Source: Thermoplasmatota archaeon
GTDB lineage: Archaea; Thermoplasmatota; Poseidoniia; Poseidoniales; Poseidoniaceae
Reading direction: 5' to 3'
DNA length: 60,641 nt
Assembly: GCA_036019775.1 (NCBI GenBank)
Contig: JAYXXD010000002.1
Location: forward strand, 1-60,641
Shown here in pieces: positions 1 to 8,087 of this stretch. Position 1 is the first letter of the stretch. Each line of letters opens with the position of its first letter. Below the pieces are notes generated by a model that saw nothing but the letters and a program-made list of their open reading frames with translations, had not been told where the DNA came from and made no database searches. The translations under genes were made by a program, and so were the position numbers.

Positions 1-12
1 AATGGAACATTT

Positions 13-1485
13 ATGGGGATGTTTGACCAAGCCGATTGGGGCGTTTTCAAACGCTCCGAAACGTGGAAGGCATTCGGTATTGCCGTAGTTTTATTCGGTG
101 TCATTGCCTTTGCAGGTTTGTCTTTGTTCGATAGCATGGATGAGATCTTTGAGTCGGATGCAGAACCTGCTCCTATTCCTGAAATTGTCATTCAAAGTCT
201 CAATCGAACTGGGATCGAAGAGAATTATACGAATTCAGATGGTGAGATTCGCCTCTCTGAGCTGCGAGGGGATGTCATCATTCTTGATTTAATGGCCAGA
301 GATTGTGGTAGTTGTCATTACGTTCAAGAACATCTTGAAAAGGAAATGGACGGTTGGAATAAGACTGCTGAAGAAAACGGTGTGGGTTTCCATATCATCG
401 CCTACGGCGCATGGTATGATGAAACGCTCGACTATCTCAACACTACAGTAGAGGGGGAGGTGTATACTGTGCCACTTTATCCCACTGGTTTGGGTTCTAC
501 TAAAGCAGCAACGCTTGAGGATGGTTCCTCAGCAGATCCCAAGCAATTGTTCACGACCGCTGGAACTGGACAAATTCCTGTCGTAATGGTGATTGACGTT
601 GAAGGATACATCATAGAACGCCAAGCTACTGGCACGCCGATTGGGGGGTGGGGCGATTTTAACTCCGCAGTTGAGAAGGCATTAACGGGAGATGTCCAAA
701 CAACCATTGACGATCGAATTGCGTGGGAAGAGCCATCGACATCGTTTGTTGCAGTATTTGCACTGGGAATGATTCTCTCTATCCTAGTTTATTTCTCACC
801 GTGTGCATTCCCTGTTCTTCCCGGTTTCATTTCGTACTATCTCAGTCTCGGCGCTCGCGAAGATGAAATGATCAAAGAAGGCAAACTCAAGACGGCCATG
901 CCATCCTCTTGGGTGATTGGTATCCTCGCTGGATTGGGCATGTGGACGTTCTTTATCATCATTGGAATCATTGCGTTTGCAATGGGTGAAGCGTTTGCTC
1001 AGTCAGGTATGGTTCATTACATTGCAATTGGAATTGCCGTATTTTTGGTCATCCTCGGTTCAATGATGCTCCTTGGAATTACCTCTCACGTTCTTGGCTT
1101 TGTTCAGAAACTGGTTGACCGTTGGTCGACAACTGAAATGGATGAAACGTTCACGCCTCGTCGAAACATGTACCTCTATGGAATTGGTTATGCGGCTGCA
1201 TCGATTGATTGTACGGCCGCAGCTGTGTTGCCGTTTGTTCTCTTCCTTGGTACACTTGGGACCAGTGCTACCATCTCTGGATTATCGGGATTGATGCTTG
1301 GTCTACTCATTCTGATGGTCCTTGTCACCGTTTTGGTTGGCCTCGGTCGTCAGGTGATGATTAACTTCCTGCGAAGAATGACTGGAATGATCAAGATGGT
1401 TGGGTCATGGATGATGATCATGGCAGGTGTTGGCTTGACCATCTATCTTACTCAGCAAGAAGTAGTTTCAGCATTGTTTGCTTGA
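13..1485 (+). CDS. Membrane thiol:disulfide oxidoreductase: signal-anchor plus thioredoxin-like domain fused to a CcdA/DsbD-type transmembrane domain
   Basis: 490-aa ORF. One N-terminal TM helix is followed by a thioredoxin-like stretch with a CxxC motif (DCGSCH). The C-terminal half is multi-TM and carries the CcdA/DsbD signature FSPCAFPVLPGF plus a second membrane Cys (AASIDCTAAAVLPF). Confidence 0.75.
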   Translation: MGMFDQADWGVFKRSETWKAFGIAVVLFGVIAFAGLSLFDSMDEIFESDAEPAPIPEIVIQSLNRTGIEENYTNSDGEIRLSELRGDVIILDLMARDCGSCHYVQEHLEKEMDGWNKTAEENGVGFHIIAYGAWYDETLDYLNTTVEGEVYTVPLYPTGLGSTKAATLEDGSSADPKQLFTTAGTGQIPVVMVIDVEGYIIERQATGTPIGGWGDFNSAVEKALTGDVQTTIDDRIAWEEPSTSFVAVFALGMILSILVYFSPCAFPVLPGFISYYLSLGAREDEMIKEGKLKTAMPSSWVIGILAGLGMWTFFIIIGIIAFAMGEAFAQSGMVHYIAIGIAVFLVILGSMMLLGITSHVLGFVQKLVDRWSTTEMDETFTPRRNMYLYGIGYAAASIDCTAAAVLPFVLFLGTLGTSATISGLSGLMLGLLILMVLVTVLVGLGRQVMINFLRRMTGMIKMVGSWMMIMAGVGLTIYLTQQEVVSALFA

Positions 1486-2207
1486 AGCTGCTCGAAGGCA
1501 TCATCAAATTCGTTTGAATTGCATTGCCTAACGACAGGTTTGATGAAGCGATAATGAACAATGAGTGCAAAGAGAATCCCTGTGATCACATCAAACAGGT
1601 AGTGTTGTTGTGTCGTCATGGTTGAGATTGTGAGCAAAAGCCAAGCACACCAAAGTGATGCGTATGCAAAGCGGTTAACATTGTAGATCATTGGAACACA
1701 TAGAACAACGCATAGACTGTGACCAACATGTAAACTCGGCCAAGCATTGTAAGGTTGATCAACAACATGAATGAGGGATAGCATCGATGTGAGGACATCA
1801 TTTCCTTCAACTCCAGTTCGAATACTGACTTCAACAGGTGCTAGAAGAAAGATGAAGAAAACTGGAATCGTTACGACGAACATTCGTTGTGAGAAGACGA
1901 TTGCAGACTTTTTTTGTCCTTCAGTTGATGCAAAAAATGGAATCATCACATAATACGCATAGAACGAGAAGTACGCTAAATTAAGGAATGGGATGTAGGG
2001 GATTGAGTCATCGATCGCTAACGAAGGATCGAACAAGGTCCAGTCAAGGAATTCAGAAATGCGGTTTGTAAAACCATATGGAACTCCAAATGATGCGAGG
2101 AAAAATATGCCAAAGAACGATGTGAAAACAAGTCTGTTGTCTCGATTCTTCCAAGCATAATTCCACAATCGCCATGGACGAGGATTGAACAGATTACTCA
2201 TCATCAT
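1452..2207 (-). CDS. PAP2-superfamily integral membrane phosphatase/phosphotransferase
   Basis: Track ORF 1452..2411 was trimmed to the ATG triplet run at 2199-2207 (MMMSNLFNPRPW...). Multi-TM protein with PAP2-like motifs PSLHVGHS and TQQHYLFDVITG. The start overlaps the stop of the upstream ABC ATPase by 14 nt. Confidence 0.6.
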   Translation of the reverse strand: MMMSNLFNPRPWRLWNYAWKNRDNRLVFTSFFGIFFLASFGVPYGFTNRISEFLDWTLFDPSLAIDDSIPYIPFLNLAYFSFYAYYVMIPFFASTEGQKKSAIVFSQRMFVVTIPVFFIFLLAPVEVSIRTGVEGNDVLTSMLSLIHVVDQPYNAWPSLHVGHSLCVVLCVPMIYNVNRFAYASLWCAWLLLTISTMTTQQHYLFDVITGILFALIVHYRFIKPVVRQCNSNEFDDAFEQLQANNAETTSC

Positions 2208-2835
2208 CACCTGGTTGTAATTCATTCCAATGAACAACACGGTCGCCAATAATTTCTGCTTCCGCAGGGTCATGCGTAACGTGGATGGCAGGGATGCCTC
2301 TAGCCTTGAGGATTGAGCGGATTTCAAGAGCAACTTTTCTCCGTAAATCGACATCAAGTGCGGAGAGTGGTTCGTCGAGCAACATAAGCTTTGGATTGGT
2401 AAGAAGGGCACGAATCAATACGACCCGTTGTGCTTCTCCACCTGAGAGCGTTTCAATGGTTTGCTTCTCCTTTCCCTTGAGTCCCATCTCGTCGATGATG
2501 GCATTGACTTCATCCATATTCCAATCTTTTTTGCGTTTGTAAGCAAACAGGATGTTTCCAAGTACATCCTTGAAAGGAAATAGGACTGGTCGTTGAAAGA
2601 GCATACCAATGCCTCGTAATTCGCACGGCTGTTCTTGTATGTTGATTCCATTCAATTGAATTGTTCCAGTATCGTGTTTCTGTAAGCCTGCAATCGTGCG
2701 TAACAGTGTGGTCTTCCCACAACCGCTCGGTCCGAGAATGGCAATAATTTCTTTTGATGCAAGTTCAAGTTGGAGGCTATGAATGACATGATGTTCATCG
2801 AATCGAACATTGAGTTGATCGATACTAAGACTCAT
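2194..2835 (-). CDS. thiQ: Thiamine ABC transporter ATP-binding protein (short ThiQ-type, no C-terminal regulatory domain)
   Basis: Walker A GPSGCGKTT, signature LSGGEAQR, Walker B LMLLDEP, H-loop VTHD. The start was trimmed to MSLSIDQL at 2835, which forms an ATGA overlap with the permease stop. Context is thiB/thiP/thiR. Confidence 0.75.
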   Translation of the reverse strand: MSLSIDQLNVRFDEHHVIHSLQLELASKEIIAILGPSGCGKTTLLRTIAGLQKHDTGTIQLNGINIQEQPCELRGIGMLFQRPVLFPFKDVLGNILFAYKRKKDWNMDEVNAIIDEMGLKGKEKQTIETLSGGEAQRVVLIRALLTNPKLMLLDEPLSALDVDLRRKVALEIRSILKARGIPAIHVTHDPAEAEIIGDRVVHWNELQPGDDDE

Positions 2836-4562
2836 CAAAAACCACCTCCTTGATGACTGCGAAATCGTTCTGCAATAACAAACAATAGGAAGGTCAGACA
2901 CATCAAGACAGTTGCTGTAGCCATTGCAATAGGCTCAACAAGTTGGAAGTATTTTGGTCGTGACATGAGTTGATCGACCAACACAGGTAACGTGTCCCAA
3001 GCACCTGAACGCAAAAGAATCCATGATGCTCCAAATTCTCCAAGAGAGAACGCCATCGAGAGTGCAGCTGCTACCACAAGATGGGGCTTCAATAATGGGA
3101 TTTTTATTTTGATAAATCGCTGGCTTTGATTGTATCCAAGTATCTTTCCAGCCTCTTCATAATCCGAATCGATTTCACGCATAGCAGGCAAAAGAATTCG
3201 TACAACAAACGGGGTTGTTAGCATCGCATGTGGCAGGATTGGTAGTGCATACCAAGAGAATAAAGCGGGCCAAACTTTCAGAATCCCAAGCAATACGCCC
3301 AAGCCGACCATGACACCTGAGAGTGCAAGCGGTAGCATCGATAAAACATCGATTGTTTGAGCGAGTTTTGGCCTGTTCCTTTCCTCGAGCGAATGAATCG
3401 TTTGAGCAACGAAAAAACCCAGAATACACGAGACAAGCAAACATCCAATTGCATAAAACAACGAATTCATCAGAGCCTCAGGAACAGAGGCATACGTCAG
3501 GTTCCCTTCAAATGCATAACTCCATGCTTCAGTGCTCCATTGGTAGGACTCCGATGTTCTGTCACGGATTCGAACCGAGGCGAGGACCATCAAGAAAAGA
3601 GGTGCTAAAGCAAAGGCGCATGCAGAAAAGATACCAACTCTCTGGAAAAGACTTGGCTTACCCATATTCTTCCTTGCAAAATGTTCGGAGACAAGTTCGA
3701 TTTCATTGGACTGTTTCTGTTGCCATTTACCGGCTACTCCTAATGCCAAGAGAAGGACAATTCCCTGCAGTGTTGCTCCACCAAGAACAAGAAGACTGAC
3801 ATCTTCTCTGTATGCTGGGATTCCGGCGGCTCCTCCTTCGATAGCCATTAACGATTCGATGGTCCAATATTCGGGCGCTAACCACCGGACTAAGGCAAAG
3901 GATGTGAATGAGAAAATGAATGTGAACACAAATGCGGAAAGGATGGAAGTTCTCAACATTGGCCACCAAAACCGTAGGAGGCGTTCCAATGGAGATGCAC
4001 CAACAGGGAGTATTCGAAACGCTTCTTCATATCGAGGAGGTAATGTCGCTATCTTGGGTTCAACAAATCGTATCACAAGTGCAAGATTGAACCAAGCATG
4101 AGCAAGTAACAAAGCGATGATGTGTCCTGATTGTTCAATGCCAAGGGTTGACGAAAGAGAACCGATGATACCTGTGTCATTTCGAAGATCAATACCTATC
4201 GAAGCGAGGATCCCTCCTTGGTTGATCAATGCTAGGAAGCCCATCGCTGCAACGACGGTTGGTGTCACAAATGGGAGTGTTAAAGCTGCACGAATCAAAC
4301 CAATATGTTTCCACTCGTAGCGCCCGAGCCACCATGCAATCGGCAAACCGATTGCGAGCGTAAGAAGTGCAGAGATTGTTGCCTGTAACAAGGTGAATTG
4401 AACAGCCTCGATAGCAAGTGGATGTTCATCCAGCCGAAAAATTGCTTCGATTGGATTTGAGCCAGTAACAAAGACAAGCCGGTCAAGAGAAAGCAAAATT
4501 GGGACGAGAATTAATCCAAGATACAACACAACTGGGACAGAATGTCCAACTGCTCTTCGCAT
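2835..4562 (-). CDS. thiP: Thiamine ABC transporter permease (duplicated 2 x 6 TM ThiP/FbpB-type)
   Basis: 575-aa polytopic membrane ORF with two permease halves. It lies between a TbpA-like binding protein and a ThiQ-like ATPase and is translationally coupled to thiQ. Confidence 0.75.
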   Translation of the reverse strand: MRRAVGHSVPVVLYLGLILVPILLSLDRLVFVTGSNPIEAIFRLDEHPLAIEAVQFTLLQATISALLTLAIGLPIAWWLGRYEWKHIGLIRAALTLPFVTPTVVAAMGFLALINQGGILASIGIDLRNDTGIIGSLSSTLGIEQSGHIIALLLAHAWFNLALVIRFVEPKIATLPPRYEEAFRILPVGASPLERLLRFWWPMLRTSILSAFVFTFIFSFTSFALVRWLAPEYWTIESLMAIEGGAAGIPAYREDVSLLVLGGATLQGIVLLLALGVAGKWQQKQSNEIELVSEHFARKNMGKPSLFQRVGIFSACAFALAPLFLMVLASVRIRDRTSESYQWSTEAWSYAFEGNLTYASVPEALMNSLFYAIGCLLVSCILGFFVAQTIHSLEERNRPKLAQTIDVLSMLPLALSGVMVGLGVLLGILKVWPALFSWYALPILPHAMLTTPFVVRILLPAMREIDSDYEEAGKILGYNQSQRFIKIKIPLLKPHLVVAAALSMAFSLGEFGASWILLRSGAWDTLPVLVDQLMSRPKYFQLVEPIAMATATVLMCLTFLLFVIAERFRSHQGGGF

Positions 4563-4571
4563 GTTTCCAAC

Positions 4572-5714
4572 TCAGATCGATTTGGTTGCATCTCGCCAAT
4601 CCTTGACCCATGTTTCCATTTCAGCATCGATACGTTCAGTTGAGATTTCAGCAGGGTTTGTTGGAACTGGGCTATGATATCTGTAACCATTTTCTTCTGG
4701 AAGATCTTCGCCTTCAAGGACAGAATACATGTAGTTGTTTTCTGGCATATTCGTGTTGATTTCATCACTCAGGAGAAATTCAATGAACGCATCAACTGCG
4801 TCTGCTGATCCTCCTCCATTCACCTTCGCAGCGTATTCAACCTGGTGGAAGGTTGCATGATCGATATCAATGGCCTTCGAAATTGTGTAATTTCCTCCAT
4901 ATTTTGCCTCGACACCTGGTGAATGGCAATAGGATACAGTAAGCCATGCATCACCGATGTATCCTGGCTCCCAAACGCCGTATCCACCCGTATAATGAAC
5001 TTCATACGCTTCACTCCAGCCTGTTGTAAAGATTGCATCATTGTCAGCCATTGCACTCCACCACTCCATGGCATCCATGGTCGATGATTGTTCGAAATAA
5101 TCGATTGTTGCAGTCATAAATGCACGACCGGGAGAGGATGTTGCCGGGCTTGGGAATGCAGTTCGACCTTTCCATGCATCATCGGTCAATTCCTCCAATG
5201 TGGTTGGAAACGATATGTTGTTGGCTTCCAATGCTTCAGTATCGGCGTTCAGGCAGACATATCCTTGGTCGAATGGAACCGCCATTTCACCGTTGTAAGG
5301 TACAAGCGATTGTGGGTCGAGTTCAGGCAACGTTGCTGAATGTGGAGCGAGTAGGCAATTCTCAAGAGCCGTTTGCAAGTACGTGTTATCAAGTCCAAGA
5401 GCAAGATCTGCTTGTGGTGCATCTTTTGCGAGCAAGAGGTGTTCAAGAATTCCTCCTGCATCATCGGTTGAAATAATGCTTATTTCGTAACCTGTCTGTT
5501 CCGTAAAGTTAGCGAGAACTTCGTCTGTAATCGCGAAAATGTTGTATGTGACAATGGTCAACGTTCCATCATTCGTGCCGTTTTGAATGACACATTCGTC
5601 ATCTGTACTGTATTGGCTAAGGCATCCCGATAAAGGGGCGAGGAAAACTAATGAAAGCAAGAAAATGGTGCGTATCAATCCATTCCCTCCAAAGTCTTCA
5701 CCAATGTGTGGCAT
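4572..5714 (-). CDS. thiB: Thiamine-binding periplasmic-type substrate-binding lipoprotein (TbpA/ThiB family)
   Basis: Blocks align by eye with E. coli TbpA: ADLALGLDNTYL, VPFDQGYV, SPATSSPG, TTGWSEAY, LTVSYCHSPG, FHQVEYAA, NYMYSV. The N-terminus has a TM/lipobox-like segment LAPLSGC. The annotated start overlaps the thiR 3' end by 40 nt, so the true start may be slightly downstream. Confidence 0.85.
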   Translation of the reverse strand: MPHIGEDFGGNGLIRTIFLLSLVFLAPLSGCLSQYSTDDECVIQNGTNDGTLTIVTYNIFAITDEVLANFTEQTGYEISIISTDDAGGILEHLLLAKDAPQADLALGLDNTYLQTALENCLLAPHSATLPELDPQSLVPYNGEMAVPFDQGYVCLNADTEALEANNISFPTTLEELTDDAWKGRTAFPSPATSSPGRAFMTATIDYFEQSSTMDAMEWWSAMADNDAIFTTGWSEAYEVHYTGGYGVWEPGYIGDAWLTVSYCHSPGVEAKYGGNYTISKAIDIDHATFHQVEYAAKVNGGGSADAVDAFIEFLLSDEINTNMPENNYMYSVLEGEDLPEENGYRYHSPVPTNPAEISTERIDAEMETWVKDWRDATKSI

Positions 5715-6538
5715 CGGTCAACGACTTCCAGTGGACTTTGTCCCAACACGTAAAGGGATGGTTCCCAACCAAAATCACCGATGTCAAGGATGACGTCAAC
5801 ATTTGAGTTAGGATTTTCCAAACCATTTCGGTCAGCGTCTGCAAGCTTCCATCCCAATTGATTGCAGGCTTCTTGGACAGCATCGATGTCCGTACCTTCG
5901 TAGTCACCAGGGGGGCGTATGTTGATGATGGCGCTTTTTGAAGCGTCAATGTTTCTTGCTTCAAGGAGCAATTCGGCAAGATGTTTGGATGAACCAAACT
6001 GTGGTTTGCCGTGTGTTCGCAATTCTCCATCGACAGAGGTAATTTTTCCGGGAACCGCTGCAACCTCGTCGACAGAATTTGCAGTTTGAAGGCATGCGGC
6101 TATGTTCATACCTACGTTGGGAAGAACGGGCATGATTGTTCGAGCATCAAGACGGCCAATGGCCCATTCAAGTCTGCGAATCAGTGCGTGTTCGTTTTGA
6201 TCGACTTCAAGATCAAGGCCTGTAAGCGTTTTATCGAAGCGGAGGACTTGGTTGCCTGTAAATTGAAATTCCACGATGAATCGCTGACGGAGTAGTTCTT
6301 CATTTTGCCCAACGGAGAGCAGTCCACCAGCAATTTCTTTGGCCCAACCATCGACTGCGAGTTCATCTGCAGAACCAGGTAACGAGGTTACAGGCTTTTG
6401 GTATTGTCTTGAAATCGTACTTTGCGTTGTACCTAGCATTGCTGCAATGTTCATCTGCGACCATCCTTGGCCTCGTAATTCTCTTGCAAGTTGCATGTGC
6501 AGTCGTGACAGCCATGCGTCTCCATTTTCTCCTAACAT
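5675..6538 (-). CDS. thiR: HTH-ThiN fusion protein (ThiR-like archaeal thiamine regulator, or thiamine-phosphate synthase ThiN with a DNA-binding domain)
   Basis: N-terminal helix-turn-helix (WSQMNIAAMLGTTQSTISRQ). C-terminal ThiN-type blocks (PGKITSVDG, FGSSKHLAELLLEA, AIINIR, DIGDFGWEPSLYVLGQSP). It heads the thiBPQ operon. Confidence 0.7.
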   Translation of the reverse strand: MLGENGDAWLSRLHMQLARELRGQGWSQMNIAAMLGTTQSTISRQYQKPVTSLPGSADELAVDGWAKEIAGGLLSVGQNEELLRQRFIVEFQFTGNQVLRFDKTLTGLDLEVDQNEHALIRRLEWAIGRLDARTIMPVLPNVGMNIAACLQTANSVDEVAAVPGKITSVDGELRTHGKPQFGSSKHLAELLLEARNIDASKSAIINIRPPGDYEGTDIDAVQEACNQLGWKLADADRNGLENPNSNVDVILDIGDFGWEPSLYVLGQSPLEVVDRCHTLVKTLEGMD

Positions 6539-6552
6539 GATTAGCGTAATTT

Positions 6553-6569
6553 GATTCAGTTATTCAATC
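6553..6569. promoter_or_regulatory. Imperfect inverted repeat GATTCA-N5-TCAATC in the thiR / decarboxylase divergent intergenic region (candidate operator)
   Basis: 5 of 6 positions are complementary, with a 5-nt spacer. It lies 15-31 nt upstream of the thiR ATG (6538) on the minus strand. No second copy was found. Confidence 0.2.
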
Positions 6570-6655
6570 TATGTATCAAAAAATGCAAGTCGCATAAGTT
6601 TCCTTCTTCGGAGTCAATGGCCATCTTCAAAGACTGGCTTCTCTAGAGCAGCAAC

Positions 6656-8071
6656 ATGGAGCCTGAACTGTTTCTTGACGAGGTTCTATCTCGGGTCAAG
6701 ACGTTTTTAGCTTCGAGTCAAACTCAGACCAAGATTCGACCTTCTGATACTCACGCCTCACTATCAAGGACATCGGATCTCAAACTCCCGTTGGAAGGCA
6801 GAGGACTTGAGGCAGCTCTTGATGACATTGAATCGGTATTACGAAAATCAGTTCGAACTACTGCACCCGGATTCATGAACCCGCTATGGGGTGGTCTTTC
6901 CATCGCCTCGATCGCTGGTGAACTGGTTACTGCGGCTACCAACACCGCGATGTATACCTATGAGATTGCACCAATTGCTACGCTTATCGAATCGACCATC
7001 ATCAAACGGATTGCAGAACTCGCTGAATTTGGTACAAGCCAGGGCACGCTTACGACTGGTGGTTCCAACGGCAATCTCTTGGGAATGTTGTGTGCTCGCC
7101 AAGCCAAACTACCAATGTCAAGCCATGCAGGCTTTGATGGTACAAATATGGTCGCTTTCGTCTCAGAAGAGTCGCATTATTCATTTAGCATAGCATCTAA
7201 TGTAATTGGAATAGGTCAAGGGAATCTTGTCAAAATTCGATGCAATGAACACGGTCAAATGCGACCAGACGTGCTGGAAGAAGAAATTGAACGTTCTTTG
7301 AGAGAAGGTAGGATACCATTTGCAGTTCTTGCAACGAGCGGAACCACAGTGAAAGGTAGTTTTGATCCTTTACGAGAAATTTCAAAGATTGCGCACAAAT
7401 ACGATCTTTGGATGCATGTTGATGCTGCCTGGGGCGGTTCCTGTCTTTTCTCTTCAAAATACCGATCGCTTATGGATGGCATTGAACTTGCTGACAGTTT
7501 TTGTTGGGACGCTCACAAAATGATGGGTATTCCGTTGATTTGTTCCGCATTTATCGTCAAGGATGCGGATGTCTTGCAAGCGGTTTGTTCGAATGGAAAT
7601 ACTGCTCATTACCTCTACATTGAAACAGGTGAAGATGTTGATTTAGGTCGGTATTCTCTTCAATGTGGTCGGAGAAATGATGCACTCAAATTGTGGTTAG
7701 CTTGGCGCGAGATAGGTGATGCAGGATGGGCTGCAATGGTGGAGCGATTCATGGGATTAGCGAATTTCTTGGAGGAAAGAATCGTACAGCACCCTTCGCT
7801 TGAGTTAATGAGTGAACGAATGTGGACCAACGTTTGTTTCCGTTATATTGGCGAATCTACCAATAGTGACTGGAACAGAATCAATGCAGAATTACGACAA
7901 CGGCTTATACAGGATGGTCGATTTATGGTGAGCCGAAGTACAATAAATGGCTCGATTGTTCTTCGTTCCGTAATCGCTAATCGTAGTATTTCTGAGTCAT
8001 CACTCGACTCATTCCTTGAATGCGTAGTATCGCTTGGAAAGGATATTGAACGAGGTTTACCTCAACAGTAA
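6656..8071 (+). CDS. PLP-dependent group II amino-acid decarboxylase (GAD/CSAD/aspartate-decarboxylase-like)
   Basis: 471 aa. The PLP-lysine block SFCWDAHKMMGIPLICSAF closely resembles the NPHKMMGVPLQCSA block of animal GAD/CSAD. HVDAAWGG block and typical length are also present. Confidence 0.85.
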   Translation: MEPELFLDEVLSRVKTFLASSQTQTKIRPSDTHASLSRTSDLKLPLEGRGLEAALDDIESVLRKSVRTTAPGFMNPLWGGLSIASIAGELVTAATNTAMYTYEIAPIATLIESTIIKRIAELAEFGTSQGTLTTGGSNGNLLGMLCARQAKLPMSSHAGFDGTNMVAFVSEESHYSFSIASNVIGIGQGNLVKIRCNEHGQMRPDVLEEEIERSLREGRIPFAVLATSGTTVKGSFDPLREISKIAHKYDLWMHVDAAWGGSCLFSSKYRSLMDGIELADSFCWDAHKMMGIPLICSAFIVKDADVLQAVCSNGNTAHYLYIETGEDVDLGRYSLQCGRRNDALKLWLAWREIGDAGWAAMVERFMGLANFLEERIVQHPSLELMSERMWTNVCFRYIGESTNSDWNRINAELRQRLIQDGRFMVSRSTINGSIVLRSVIANRSISESSLDSFLECVVSLGKDIERGLPQQ

Positions 8072-8087
8072 TGGGGACGTGAATAAA

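Noticed and set aside
2208-2411. 5' extension of the PAP2 ORF
   Set aside because: It overlaps the C-terminal coding region of the ABC ATPase in another frame. A triple ATG at 2199-2207 gives a sensible start just before the first TM helix.
3323-4101. Plus-strand ORFs within the thiP region (3323..3799, 3357..3608, 3706..4101)
   Set aside because: They are antisense to a 575-aa permease with clear membrane-protein character, and their translations are Arg/Ser-rich with no motifs.
6539-6655. Possible TPP riboswitch upstream of the thiamine operon (such riboswitches exist in some Thermoplasmata-related archaea)
   Set aside because: Neither strand shows the conserved CUGAGA / ACCUGAUCUGGAUAAUGCCAGCG-type core elements, and regulation by the HTH-ThiN protein is the more likely mechanism. 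A covariance-model scan (Rfam TPP) would settle this.
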